Below are positions 8,837 to 19,300 of a stretch of 64,000 bases of DNA, piece by piece; positions within the stretch are counted from its first letter, which is position 1; each line of letters opens with the position of its first letter. The position numbers and the translations under genes were made by a program. The notes under the pieces were generated by a model that was not told the origin of the DNA, ran no database searches, and worked only from the letters and a program-made list of their open reading frames with translations. The stretch covers positions 768 to 64,767 of the forward strand of contig CAUWFE010000005.1 in the NCBI GenBank assembly GCA_963558185.1, written 5' to 3'. The DNA comes from an uncultured Clostridia bacterium (lineage in GTDB: Bacteria > Bacillota > Clostridia > TANB77 > CAG-508).

Positions 8837-9835
8837 ATGTATAAAGGAGTAGATGTATCTTTTGCAAATGGCAAGATAAACTGGGAAATTGCAAAAGATA
8901 ATATAGATTTTGCAATTATTAGATGTGGTTTTGGAATGAATGAACAGGACCAAGATGATGTTCAATATAAAAGAAATGTAGAAGAATGTATACGACTAAG
9001 AATACCGTTTGGAATATATATATATTCGTATGCAACAAATGAATCAAAAGCAGAATCAGAAGCAGAGCACGTACTAAGACTTATTGAACCATATGCAAGC
9101 AAAATGCAATTAAATATCTGGTATGATGTAGAAGATGAGATACAGGCTGAAATATCAAAATCAGAATTAGCAAAAATAATCAGAAGATTTTGTAATAGAA
9201 TAGAGGAAAATGGATATAGTGTAGGAATATATGCTAATAATTCGTGGCTTAGAAATAAAATAGAAAGTCAACTACAAGATAGATATATGATATGGTCTGC
9301 TGGCTATGGAGCAAATGATGGTAATGCTCATGAAGAAGCAAAATATAATCATAGTAATGTACGAATGTGGCAATATACATCTAATGGTAGAATAGAAGGG
9401 ATAGGAAGATGTGACATAAACTACTTCTATGATGAAATACCAAGTAATTTACCAGATTTACAATATCAAGTGCACTTGCAAGATTTAGGCTGGCAAAAAG
9501 TACAAAATGCAGGAGAAGGAGCAGGAACAGAAGGACAGAATAGAAGATTAGAAGCTGTTAAATTTTTTGCAAATAATGGTTTAACAATTAAATATAGAGC
9601 TCATGTAGGAGAAGTTGGATGGCAAGACTGGAAAAATACAGGAGAAATAGCAGGGACAACAGGAGAAAGTAAAAGAATTGAAGCATTAGAAATAAAATGT
9701 AATAAATTATTAGAAGTACAAGAGCACATTCAAGACGTGGGCTGGATGCCTAAAACTATAGCAAAAGAATTTACTATAGGAACAGTTGGAAAATCATTAA
9801 GAATGGAAGCTTTTAGAATGAATGTAATAGAATAA
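8837..9835 (+). CDS. GH25 muramidase (lysozyme) with three C-terminal ChW repeats
   Basis: GVDVSFANGKINW..DFAIIRCGFG..IYIYSY GH25 pattern. Three ~45-aa repeats contain the conserved GW (LGWQ, VGWQ, VGWM), i.e. ChW-like. SD aaggagg precedes the ATG at 8837. No signal peptide. Confidence 0.8.
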   Translation: MYKGVDVSFANGKINWEIAKDNIDFAIIRCGFGMNEQDQDDVQYKRNVEECIRLRIPFGIYIYSYATNESKAESEAEHVLRLIEPYASKMQLNIWYDVEDEIQAEISKSELAKIIRRFCNRIEENGYSVGIYANNSWLRNKIESQLQDRYMIWSAGYGANDGNAHEEAKYNHSNVRMWQYTSNGRIEGIGRCDINYFYDEIPSNLPDLQYQVHLQDLGWQKVQNAGEGAGTEGQNRRLEAVKFFANNGLTIKYRAHVGEVGWQDWKNTGEIAGTTGESKRIEALEIKCNKLLEVQEHIQDVGWMPKTIAKEFTIGTVGKSLRMEAFRMNVIE

Positions 9836-9925
9836 AATGAATAAATGGTAATAGGCACTACTCAATATAAATAATATTCTCCTATTACCATTTTTAATAT
9901 TTTCTAAATATAGATATAAATAAAT

Positions 9926-10064
9926 GCTACTAGATAATGCTTTCTGTAGATTAATGCAAGGAATGCCTTGAAATATGAGATTCTTAGGTTTATTACAAAA
10001 TTTAAGAAATTCTAATTTATTTTATGGCACCATTCCACTAAAAGCGAACTCTTTCCATAAAATT
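9926..10064 (+). mobile_element. MITE-like element, copy A (left half only)
   Basis: Starts gctactagataatg...aatgcaaggaatgccttgaaatat and is collinear with copy B up to ctttccataaaatt, then joins unrelated sequence. Confidence 0.75.
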
Positions 10065-10078
10065 TTAAGAATGTTTTT

Positions 10079-10105
10079 AAAAATTTTTTTCATGTCTTTA
10101 TCCTG
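10079..10105 (+). repeat. 27-bp direct repeat (left copy) flanking the BRO-N-like gene
   Basis: aaaaatttttttcatgtctttatcctg recurs at 11312..11339. Confidence 0.8.
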
Positions 10106-10190
10106 AAAATAAACAAATTTTTGTTGAAAAATATGAATAAAATTGATACAATTGGGCATAATAAAAATTTTATAAAGGATTGATGAAATA

Positions 10191-11078
10191 TTGAAAAATG
10201 ATAAATTAGATACAATTTCAAATCTTTTTGAAGATAGTGAAATAAGAAGTATTTGGGATAGTGAGAAGGAAGAATATTATTTTAGTGTAGTTGATGTGAT
10301 TGGTGCATTAACAAATAGTAATATTCCAAGAAACTATTGGAGTGACTTAAAAAGAAAACTTAAACAAGAAGGAAGTCAGTTGCACGAAAATATCGTGCAA
10401 CTGAAAATGAAATCTCAAAAAGATGGAAAGAATTATTTAACAGATACATTAGATACAAAAGGAATACTAAGATTAATTGAATCAATACCAAGTCAAAAAG
10501 CAGAACCATTCAAACTTTGGCTTGCACAAATGGGAAATGACAGAATAGACGAAGTATTTGATCCAGAACTTGCTATTAATCGTGCTGTTGATTATTATAG
10601 AAGCCGTGGATATGATGACAATTGGATTAAAGCAAGAATGACAGGAGTTGTAGATAGACGTAAATTAACTGATGTATGGAAAGAAAATGGAATAACAAAA
10701 AATATTGAATATGCTGTTTTAACAAATGAAATATATCAGGCTTGGTCTGGAATGAAAGCATCAGAATATAAAGAGTTTAAAGGTATTAGAAAAGAATCAT
10801 TAAGAGATAATATGACAGATATTGAAGTTGCTTTAACTGATTTGGGAGAAATCGCTACAAGAGAGCTAGCTAAAAAGCATAGACCTTATGGTTTAGAACA
10901 AAACAAAGAAATTGCAAAACGTGGTGGAAAAATAGCTAAAAATACTCGTGATAACTTGGAAGAAGAACTAGGAGAAAGTGTTATAACTAGAAAGAATGCA
11001 TTGAATTATAAATACATAGATTCTAACAATATAGATAAGAAGCAATTACCAAAAGGAAAAAGTGATGAAAGCAAGTAA
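10191..11078 (+). CDS. BRO-N domain / DinD-like DNA-damage-inducible protein
   Basis: 295 aa. N-terminal IRSIWDSEKEEYYFSVVDVIGAL fits the BRO-N pattern, and the C-terminal half is DinD-like. TTG start. No in-frame ATG with an SD upstream. Confidence 0.6.
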   Translation: MKNDKLDTISNLFEDSEIRSIWDSEKEEYYFSVVDVIGALTNSNIPRNYWSDLKRKLKQEGSQLHENIVQLKMKSQKDGKNYLTDTLDTKGILRLIESIPSQKAEPFKLWLAQMGNDRIDEVFDPELAINRAVDYYRSRGYDDNWIKARMTGVVDRRKLTDVWKENGITKNIEYAVLTNEIYQAWSGMKASEYKEFKGIRKESLRDNMTDIEVALTDLGEIATRELAKKHRPYGLEQNKEIAKRGGKIAKNTRDNLEEELGESVITRKNALNYKYIDSNNIDKKQLPKGKSDESK

Positions 11079-11311
11079 AATTATTTATTTATAATTTTCT
11101 TTTTCTAAATATAAGTCGGGAACGAAAAAATCTCCTTCTTTATGATAAGTTATCTCTAACATAATTAAAACCTCCAAAAATTGATTTTCAATACAAATAA
11201 TCTTTTACAAAATTTTAGGCAAAAGAAAAAATGCTTATATTTCAATGCTTACAGCGTGATTTTGATGTTAAAAAATTTTGTAACCATTGATAATTCTTTG
11301 ATACAAAGCAC

Positions 11312-11339
11312 AAAAAATTTTTTTCATGTCTTTATCCTG
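11312..11339 (+). repeat. 27-bp direct repeat (right copy) flanking the BRO-N-like gene
   Basis: aaaaaatttttttcatgtctttatcctg matches 10079..10105. Confidence 0.8.
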
Positions 11340-11501
11340 TGTAAATTCCCTATGTAAATTCAAAACACTATTTACATTTTATACAAAAAATGGTATAAAT
11401 AATAAGATAGATTAAAATTAAGAGATGTAAAATTAAAAACTTGTGTACTTTCATTGAAATATGGAGCATAAGTGAAGGTTAAGAAAGGGAGATTATAAGT
11501 A

Positions 11502-12377
11502 ATGGATAAAATACAAAAATTTTTAGCATATAACGGAAAAATAAATATTACTTGTGTAAATACAACAAACTTAGTAGAAGAAGCAAGAAAAGTACATAAC
11601 TTAAGTCCAGTTGCAACAGCTGCTTTAGGTAGAACACTAACAATGGGGGCAATATTAGGAGCTACTTTAAAAGAAAAAGATGAAACAATAACAATTCAAA
11701 TAAAAGGAAATGGCCCAATAGGTGGAATTACAGTAGTAGCAAATCAAAATTTAAACATAAAAGGATATGTATCAAATCCATATGTAGATGTTCCACTACG
11801 TGATGATGGAAAATTAAATGTTGGCCAAGCAGTTGGCAATAATGGATTTTTATATGTAATAAAAGATATAGGGCTAAAAGAACCATATGTAGGAATGTCA
11901 AAGTTAGTAACAGGAGAAATAGCAGAAGATTTTGCACAGTATTTTTATACATCAGAACAAGATAGTGCAGCTGTAGCTTTAGGAGTATTAGTAGATAAAA
12001 ATGGAGTACGAGCTAGTGGGGGATATGTAATTAAAGCTATGCCAGATGCTACAGAAGATGAACTATTTATATTAGAGCAAAGAATTAAAGAAGCAAAACC
12101 AATTAGTAAAATGCTAGATGAAAAATATTCATTAGAAGAAATTGCAAAAGATATTACAGGAGATGAAAATTTAGTTACATTAGAAACAAATTTAGAACCT
12201 ACATATAAATGTAATTGTAGTAAAGAAAAAATGGAAAGAGCATTGTACTCAATAGGAAAAGCTGAATTAGAAGATATAATAAAAAATGATAAAAAAGCGG
12301 AACTTGTATGTCATTTTTGCAATAAAAAATATCAATTTTCAGAAGAAGAATTAAAAAATATTTTACAAAAACAATAA
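11502..12377 (+). CDS. hslO: Hsp33 redox-regulated chaperone
   Basis: 291 aa. Conserved N-terminus and C-terminal zinc centre CNCS...CHFC. Confidence 0.9.
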   Translation: MDKIQKFLAYNGKINITCVNTTNLVEEARKVHNLSPVATAALGRTLTMGAILGATLKEKDETITIQIKGNGPIGGITVVANQNLNIKGYVSNPYVDVPLRDDGKLNVGQAVGNNGFLYVIKDIGLKEPYVGMSKLVTGEIAEDFAQYFYTSEQDSAAVALGVLVDKNGVRASGGYVIKAMPDATEDELFILEQRIKEAKPISKMLDEKYSLEEIAKDITGDENLVTLETNLEPTYKCNCSKEKMERALYSIGKAELEDIIKNDKKAELVCHFCNKKYQFSEEELKNILQKQ

Positions 12378-12391
12378 TGGAGTGAAAAAAT

Positions 12392-12949
12392 ATGTATTTA
12401 ATAATAGGTTTAGGAAATCCAGGAATAGAGTATGAAAAAACAAGGCATAATATGGGATTTCAAACAATTGATATAATATCAAAAAAATATAACATAAATT
12501 TAACAAGACAAAAGTTTGAAGGAATTTACGGAGAAGGGTTTGTTGAAAAAGAAAAAGTTATGCTATTAAAACCACAAACATACATGAACTTAAGTGGAAA
12601 ATGTATTTCACAATTTGTACAATTTTACAAGATTCCTTGGGAAAATATTTTAATAATTTATGATGATATGGATATTTTACCAGGAACAATAAAAATTAGA
12701 AAACAAGGTGGGCCAGGTTCTCATAATGGAATGAAATCAGTTGTACAAGAGTTAAATTGTAAAGAATTTCCACGTATACGAATAGGTATAGGAAAACCAG
12801 AAAATAAAGAAGAAATGGTATCTTATGTTATAGGCAAAGTTGAAAAAGAAGAATGGAATGTATTAGAAAAGGGAATAGAAACGGCAGCAAAGGCTATAAA
12901 TGACTATTTAATAAATGGAATTGATTATACTATGAATACATATAATTAG
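12392..12949 (+). CDS. pth: Peptidyl-tRNA hydrolase
   Basis: 185 aa. LIIGLGNPG..Y..TRHN signature. Confidence 0.93.
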   Translation: MYLIIGLGNPGIEYEKTRHNMGFQTIDIISKKYNINLTRQKFEGIYGEGFVEKEKVMLLKPQTYMNLSGKCISQFVQFYKIPWENILIIYDDMDILPGTIKIRKQGGPGSHNGMKSVVQELNCKEFPRIRIGIGKPENKEEMVSYVIGKVEKEEWNVLEKGIETAAKAINDYLINGIDYTMNTYN

Positions 12950-12963
12950 AAGAGGAGAAAAAA

Positions 12964-14172
12964 TTGCAAGAAATATTTATACATAAACAAGGAAAAGATA
13001 AAAAAATAATGCTAGTTCAAGATGGGCATTTAAGGGAATATTATGAAGAAAATGAAGAGAAAATACGATTAGAAGGAAATATCTATTTAGGTAAGGTAAA
13101 AGATGTATTGCCAGGTATGCAAGCTGCATTTGTTGATATAGGAGAGGAAAAAAATAGCTATATTCATATAAGTGACATATTACCTAAAATGAGTGAATCC
13201 ACAGGAAATAAAGAAGAAGATTTTAGCAAATATCCAATTAAGGAATATATAAAACAAAATGATAATATTTTAGTACAAGTTAGAAAAGATGAAAATAACC
13301 ATAAAGGAGCAAGAATTACAACACATATTCACATTTCTGGTAAATTTGTAGTACTCATGACTGAATGTAAATTTATTACAGTATCTCAAAAAATAGAAAA
13401 AGAGGAAGAAAGAGAAAGATTAAAAGGAATATTAGAAAATATATTAGCAAATGAACCAACAAAATATGGTTTTATAATTAGAACAGCAGCTTTAGGAAAA
13501 GATGAAGAATTAATAAAAAAAGATGTAGAACAACTAATCAAAAAATGGAATAAAATAAAAGAACAAGCTTCAAAACTACAAAAACAAGAAGCTCCAATTG
13601 CAATATTGAAAAAGAATTCTATTGTAGAAAAAATAATAATAGATTTAGCAGAAAAAGATTTAAATAAAATTTGGGTGAATGATAAAAATTTAAAAATATC
13701 AATAGAAAATATAATTAAAGAGCAAGAAATACAAAAAAAAATATCTGTAGAATTGCAAGAAAACAATTTATTAAAAGTATATGACTTAGAAGAACAGATA
13801 GAAAAATCTAAAAATAGAAAAATTTGGTTAAAATGTGGTGGCTTTATAACTATTGATAAAACAGAAGCATTAACTGCAATAGATGTTAATTCAGGTAAAT
13901 ACACTGGAAGTAAAGCAAATAAAGAATTAGAAAAAACAGTTCTTAAAGTAAATGAAGAAGCAACTGTTGAAATAGCAAAACAACTTAGATTAAAAGATAT
14001 AGGAGGAATAATAATAATTGACTATATCGATATGCAAGAAAAAGAACATAAAGAAAGAATTATAAAATTATTACAAGAAAACTTAAAAAAAGATAGAGCT
14101 AAAACTCAAATAATGGAATTTACACAATTAAATCTATTAGAAATGACACGAAAGCAAATGTTTATGAATTAA
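12964..14172 (+). CDS. rng: Rne/Rng-family ribonuclease (RNase G-like)
   Basis: 402 aa. S1-like N-terminus (GNIYLGKVKDVLPGMQAAFVDIG) and catalytic core (ALTAIDVNSGKY). TTG start with SD gaggag. Confidence 0.8.
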   Translation: MQEIFIHKQGKDKKIMLVQDGHLREYYEENEEKIRLEGNIYLGKVKDVLPGMQAAFVDIGEEKNSYIHISDILPKMSESTGNKEEDFSKYPIKEYIKQNDNILVQVRKDENNHKGARITTHIHISGKFVVLMTECKFITVSQKIEKEEERERLKGILENILANEPTKYGFIIRTAALGKDEELIKKDVEQLIKKWNKIKEQASKLQKQEAPIAILKKNSIVEKIIIDLAEKDLNKIWVNDKNLKISIENIIKEQEIQKKISVELQENNLLKVYDLEEQIEKSKNRKIWLKCGGFITIDKTEALTAIDVNSGKYTGSKANKELEKTVLKVNEEATVEIAKQLRLKDIGGIIIIDYIDMQEKEHKERIIKLLQENLKKDRAKTQIMEFTQLNLLEMTRKQMFMN

Positions 14173-14241
14173 AAAAATCTACATATATTAATATTGATTA
14201 AATTTCGATTGTGATAGAAGTACTTGTAATATTTTCTTTAT

Positions 14242-14290
14242 CTAAAAGGAATGAGGAAGCGGAAAATTCCGAGAGGCTCATTCCTTTTAG
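14242..14290. terminator. Strong bidirectional hairpin terminator
   Basis: ctaaaaggaatgag/ctcattccttttag perfect 14-bp stem between convergent genes. Confidence 0.7.
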
Positions 14291-14391
14291 ATTTAGAAAC
14301 TTTAATGCACATATTGAACCAAAGAAATTTATGAAATGTTAATATATATACATTTGTATTAACTATGTATAAACAGTGAATTGTAAAATGT

Positions 14392-16134
14392 TTAATATCC
14401 CATATTTTTTAATTCTACATTTCTTTTAATTTTTTGAGTTGTAGTTTTTATTAATGGTTCTGCCGTTACTATAATTTCTCGAATATATTTATATGCTGGC
14501 ATTGATTTATTTATATTATTTCTAATATCTTGCCAAATAATGTCATGATAATCATTAACATTTTTATCTGGATATAGTTCTTTCATAATATCTAAATTAT
14601 AAACTATTTTACAACTTAATCGCAAATCATCATCTTTTGGGTCTGGTTTTCCAAAAACCATAGATTCAGCAACATAAGGCAATTTATTAACTAACATTTC
14701 TAATTCTTCTGGATAGATATTTTTTCCATTTTTCAAAACAATAACATCTTTCTTTCTACCAGTTATAAATAAGAAACCATCTTTATCAAAATAACCTAAA
14801 TCACCAGTATAAAACCATTCGTCTTTAATAACTTCGCAAGTAGCTTCTTTATTACCATAGTAGCCTAACATTACTGTTGGAGCTTTTGCTTTTATTTCAC
14901 CAATACCATCTTCATTAGGAGAATCTATAGTAATTTCAATTCCAGGTAAAGGGAAGCCCACAGAACCTAACTTTTTATATTTATCATTTTCACCAGCAAG
15001 AACAGGGGAAGTTTCTGTTAAGCCATATCCTTGTAATAAATTAATACCTAAATCTAAAAATCCTTGTATAGCATCTTTACTCATAGGTGCTCCACCAGCA
15101 ATAAGCAAACGTAAATCAGGATCTAAATTATCTAAAATTTGTTTAAATATTTTTTTTCTAACATCAATGCCTAATTTTAATAAAGCATGAGAAATATGAT
15201 TCATATTTTTTACTAACTTTGTTTTTCCTTGTTTTGCAATTGTTTTATTAATTTGCTTGTACATAATTTCTAACATTAAAGGAACGCAAACAAACCCAGT
15301 AATTTTATATTCTTTTAAATTTTGAGCAACATGTCTAATACCATCACAAAATGCTATTGTAATACCGCAAGATGTACCATATAAAAAAGTACAAGTAGAT
15401 TCAAATGTATGATGTAATGGTAAGAAAGATAAAAATGTATCTTCTTTTGTTATTTTTGCCATTTGACTTAAGGAGTTTATATCAGCACATATATTTGCTT
15501 GTGAAAGACTAACAGCTTTAGATAAAGAAGTAGTACCAGAAGTAAATAGCATAATAGACATTTTATTGTTATCAATTACGATATTTTGATAATTATTATT
15601 TTGCTGTAAAAGAGTATTTCCTTTTTTTACAGCATCTGAATAGTAAATAATATCTAAATCAGAAAATTTGATATTATCCATACATATAAAATATTTTAAA
15701 TTACTATTGTTATTTTTATATAATTCTGAAAATGTAGATAAATAATCTTTATCAAATATTACTGCATCAGCTTCACTTCTGATAATAGAGTTTATAATTT
15801 CATTTTTGGGTAAAGATTTATCTAATGGAACAACAACTATATTAGAAGTGGTAACGGCTAAATAACTCACACACCATTCATAACGATTTGGACCAATAAT
15901 AGCAACTCTTTTATTCTGTAATTTTAAATTTAGTAAAAAACTTCCTAAACTTTCAATATCATGAGCAAATTCAGTATATGTTTTTTCAGTATATTTTTTT
16001 ACATCTGCATTTAATTTATATTTAAATGCAACTTTATCAGCATAAACATTTTTATATATATTTACAAGTTCACGGAAATTAGCTAAATTACTACCTTCAT
16101 ATAATTTTCTTCTTGAATCAATTTTAGTATCCAA
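14392..16134 (-). CDS. AMP-dependent long-chain acyl-CoA synthetase
   Basis: 580 aa. LFTSGTTSLSKAV, QGYGLTETSP, TTTQKIKR. Confidence 0.88.
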   Translation of the reverse strand: MDTKIDSRRKLYEGSNLANFRELVNIYKNVYADKVAFKYKLNADVKKYTEKTYTEFAHDIESLGSFLLNLKLQNKRVAIIGPNRYEWCVSYLAVTTSNIVVVPLDKSLPKNEIINSIIRSEADAVIFDKDYLSTFSELYKNNNSNLKYFICMDNIKFSDLDIIYYSDAVKKGNTLLQQNNNYQNIVIDNNKMSIMLFTSGTTSLSKAVSLSQANICADINSLSQMAKITKEDTFLSFLPLHHTFESTCTFLYGTSCGITIAFCDGIRHVAQNLKEYKITGFVCVPLMLEIMYKQINKTIAKQGKTKLVKNMNHISHALLKLGIDVRKKIFKQILDNLDPDLRLLIAGGAPMSKDAIQGFLDLGINLLQGYGLTETSPVLAGENDKYKKLGSVGFPLPGIEITIDSPNEDGIGEIKAKAPTVMLGYYGNKEATCEVIKDEWFYTGDLGYFDKDGFLFITGRKKDVIVLKNGKNIYPEELEMLVNKLPYVAESMVFGKPDPKDDDLRLSCKIVYNLDIMKELYPDKNVNDYHDIIWQDIRNNINKSMPAYKYIREIIVTAEPLIKTTTQKIKRNVELKNMGY

Positions 16135-16213
16135 AATAATACCTCCTAGGATTTATTTTGGATACTATTCTATAATAAAAAAATATATATTTCAATGCAT
16201 TCGACTACTTAGT

Positions 16214-17944
16214 TTAAAACTTGACAATTTTCATTTCTTCAAATCTTTTTGTTTTTTGAGTAGTAGTTTTTATTAAAGGTGTAGTAGAAATTTCAATATT
16301 TTTAATGTTTTTATAAGTTGGAGTTTTTTCATTTACTTTTTTAACTTCTTGTTTTAAAATATCAAAAATTTCTTCCTCTGATTTATTGGCTAATAATTCA
16401 TTAGTAGAATATATCAATTTACAAGAAAGTTTTCCATCACGTGCAAGATATACAAAGCTATCGTCAATATATTCAGAATCATTTAATAATAGTTCTATTT
16501 CTTGTGGAAATATTTTTTTGCCATTGTTAAGAACAATCATATCTTTTAATCTTCCAGTAACAAATAAATATCCATCATTATCTATATAACCTAAATCACC
16601 TGTATGAAAATAACCATCAATTAAAACTTCCTCTGTTTTTTGTGGTTCTTCATAATATCCAAGCATTACATTAGGACCTTTTACAGTAATTTCTCCAACA
16701 CCATTTTCATCAGGATTTATAATTTTAACATCTTCATTAAATAGTGGTCTACCAACACTTCCTAATCTAGTATATTTATCACTTTCACATGCTATAACAG
16801 GTGAAGTTTCAGTTAAACCATAACCTTGTAACATAGATATACCAATACTATTAAAGAATTTTGTTATTTTTGGGTCAGCAGAAGCTGCACCATATACAAT
16901 AACTCTTAATTTACCACCTAACTGCTCTAAAATAGATTTAAATAATTTTCTTCTTACATCTATATGGCAAGCATATAAAACGTTAGAAATTCCCATTAAT
17001 ATTTTTACAGGTATGCTTAAATGTTTTTGCTTAATTACTTTATTAATTTGTCTATACATTACTTCTAATACAGCAGGAACGCAAACTAATCCACTTATAC
17101 CATATTCTACCATGTTTTTCTGAATATGACGTAAACCATCACAATAGCAAATATTAAATCCAGAAAAATAAGCAAATAAATATGTAGCCGTACATTCAAA
17201 TGTATGATGAAGAGGTAGAAAAGATAAAACTTTGTCACCTTCTTTATATTTTATTAATGTAGTCATTGTAGAGGCATTTGAGCATATGTTTTTTTGAGAA
17301 AGCATAACAGCTTTTGACATACCAGTGGTTCCAGAAGTAAACAATAAAATAGACATTTTTTCTGGGTCAACTTTTATGTTATCATATGTAGTATCTCCAG
17401 ATTCTAAAAGTTTATATCCATCAGATAATAATTTATTAAAGGACAATATTTCATTATCATTTTCTTCTAAATCCATACAGATAAAATATTTTAGACTAGT
17501 AGAGTTATTTTTTGCTATATTTTTAAATATTTTTAAAAATGTACTATCAAAAATAATTGCTTCTGCTTTACTACGATTCAATAAATTAACAATTTCATTT
17601 TCTGGTAATAAATAATCTAAAGGTACAGCAATCATATTTCCAGTATTTATAGCCATATAACTTACAGGCCATTGATATTTATTATGACTTATAATAGCTA
17701 CTTTTTTACCTTCTAAACCTAAATGTAATAGTTGGCTTGAAAAGGCTTTTACATCTTGAGCATGTTTTGAATATGTAATATTAATATATTCTGGATTTTT
17801 TGCACTAGGATCCTTTTTATAAGTAAATGCAATCTTATCGTGAAATCTATTAGTAGCACTACTAATTAAATCTCTAAAATTATCTACAAGGATTCCTTCA
17901 TAAATTCTATTTGATTGTGGAACAAATTCTGACATAAATTTCAC
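16214..17944 (-). CDS. AMP-dependent long-chain acyl-CoA synthetase
   Basis: 576 aa. LFTSGTTGMSKAV, QGYGLTETSP, TTTQKTKR. Tandem paralog of the previous gene. Confidence 0.88.
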   Translation of the reverse strand: MKFMSEFVPQSNRIYEGILVDNFRDLISSATNRFHDKIAFTYKKDPSAKNPEYINITYSKHAQDVKAFSSQLLHLGLEGKKVAIISHNKYQWPVSYMAINTGNMIAVPLDYLLPENEIVNLLNRSKAEAIIFDSTFLKIFKNIAKNNSTSLKYFICMDLEENDNEILSFNKLLSDGYKLLESGDTTYDNIKVDPEKMSILLFTSGTTGMSKAVMLSQKNICSNASTMTTLIKYKEGDKVLSFLPLHHTFECTATYLFAYFSGFNICYCDGLRHIQKNMVEYGISGLVCVPAVLEVMYRQINKVIKQKHLSIPVKILMGISNVLYACHIDVRRKLFKSILEQLGGKLRVIVYGAASADPKITKFFNSIGISMLQGYGLTETSPVIACESDKYTRLGSVGRPLFNEDVKIINPDENGVGEITVKGPNVMLGYYEEPQKTEEVLIDGYFHTGDLGYIDNDGYLFVTGRLKDMIVLNNGKKIFPQEIELLLNDSEYIDDSFVYLARDGKLSCKLIYSTNELLANKSEEEIFDILKQEVKKVNEKTPTYKNIKNIEISTTPLIKTTTQKTKRFEEMKIVKF

Positions 17945-18061
17945 TCCTTTAAAAAATACTATTGTATATTTTATACAAATTTGTAAAATAAATCAAGAGC
18001 AAATTGACGTAGAGCTAAAAAAAATATATAATAATGTCATAAAAAATAAGTGAGGTATAAA

Positions 18062-19300
18062 ATGGCACGTTCAAGAAGAAATAAAAGAAATAATAAAAGT
18101 AAAATAGTAGACTATTTTTCAAAATTTGTAATTATATCAATTATAATAATTATTATATGTAGCATTATCCTTTCTGTACGTTATTATTTTGAAACAGTAG
18201 AAGTAGCAAACCAGAAAATAAAACTACAAGAAGAGATAAAAGCTATATATGAAAGGAAAACACCTGAAACAGTAGAAGAGAAAGAAGAAAAAGTAAAAGA
18301 TACAACTATAAACATATCAATAATAGGTGATATTTTGTGTGGAAATGGTATGTTAAATGATGCAAAAAAAGAAGATGGAAGTTATAATTTTGATTCAATG
18401 TTAAGTGAAATTAATGAAATAACAAAAACTTCAGATATTGTAATAGGAACTATGGAAACTAATTTTATACAAGAACATGAATACTCAGGGGTAAACAAGT
18501 ATAATGCACCAATTGAATTTGCACAAGCAATAAAAAATAGTGGAGTTGATGTTGTTTCAATTGCTCATAATCATAGTTTAGATTATGGGGTAGAAGGACT
18601 AAATACATCAAAACAACAATTAGAAAGTATTGGAATTGAAACAGTAGGAACACAAAATTATGTAGTGCGCAATATTAAGGGAGTAAAAGTTGCTTTATTA
18701 GCATATACATATGGTTTTAGTAATGAAAGCGATTTATCCACAGAAGATAAACAGAATGTTAACATATTTTCAAAAGAAAAGTCTGCAAATGATATTAATC
18801 AAGCAAAAAAAGAAGCAGATTATATAATGGTAATTATGCATTGGGGTGATGTAAATTCAACAAAGAAGAATGAAGAGCAAGAACAAGTAGCAGATTATTT
18901 AATAAGTATAGGTGCAAATGCGATTGTAGGTTCACACCCTTCAGTGCCACAAGCAATGGAAATGAAGAAAAATGCACAAGGCGAAGATGAATTTGTATCA
19001 TATTCTTTAGGAAATTATATATCTTCTTTAGCATATGAAAATTCAAAGTTACAAGTAATTGTAAATTTACAAATTAGGAAAGAAGCAAAAACAGAAAAAA
19101 TAGTGTTAGAAAAGGTAACATATACACCTTTATATGTATTAGATAGAGGAACTAAAGCAGAAAATCAATATCAAGTATTAGATATAAAAAAAGAAGCAAA
19201 AAAATATTTAGATGGAGAAAAAAATATAGATAAAAAAACATATGAAAAATTAATGAAATCATTGGAAAAAATAGAAAATATAATAAGGAGTAAACAGTAA
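18062..19300 (+). CDS. CapA-family metallophosphatase-like protein (poly-gamma-glutamate capsule synthesis family)
   Basis: N-terminal TM anchor, then GDILCG...SIAHNHSLDYG...VIMHWG motifs. ATG at 18062 has SD gaggt; the ORF track starts at GTG 18050. Confidence 0.75.
   Translation: MARSRRNKRNNKSKIVDYFSKFVIISIIIIIICSIILSVRYYFETVEVANQKIKLQEEIKAIYERKTPETVEEKEEKVKDTTINISIIGDILCGNGMLNDAKKEDGSYNFDSMLSEINEITKTSDIVIGTMETNFIQEHEYSGVNKYNAPIEFAQAIKNSGVDVVSIAHNHSLDYGVEGLNTSKQQLESIGIETVGTQNYVVRNIKGVKVALLAYTYGFSNESDLSTEDKQNVNIFSKEKSANDINQAKKEADYIMVIMHWGDVNSTKKNEEQEQVADYLISIGANAIVGSHPSVPQAMEMKKNAQGEDEFVSYSLGNYISSLAYENSKLQVIVNLQIRKEAKTEKIVLEKVTYTPLYVLDRGTKAENQYQVLDIKKEAKKYLDGEKNIDKKTYEKLMKSLEKIENIIRSKQ

Noticed and set aside
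13386-13904. Long antisense ORFs inside rng, feoB (21674..22165, 22307..22810), uppP (44933..45364), pilB (50589..51089), pilT (53094..53468), pilC (54500..54895) and mfd (63432..63782).
   Set aside because: All lie opposite well-supported genes, translate to F/I/L/S-rich low-complexity strings and lack ribosome-binding sites.
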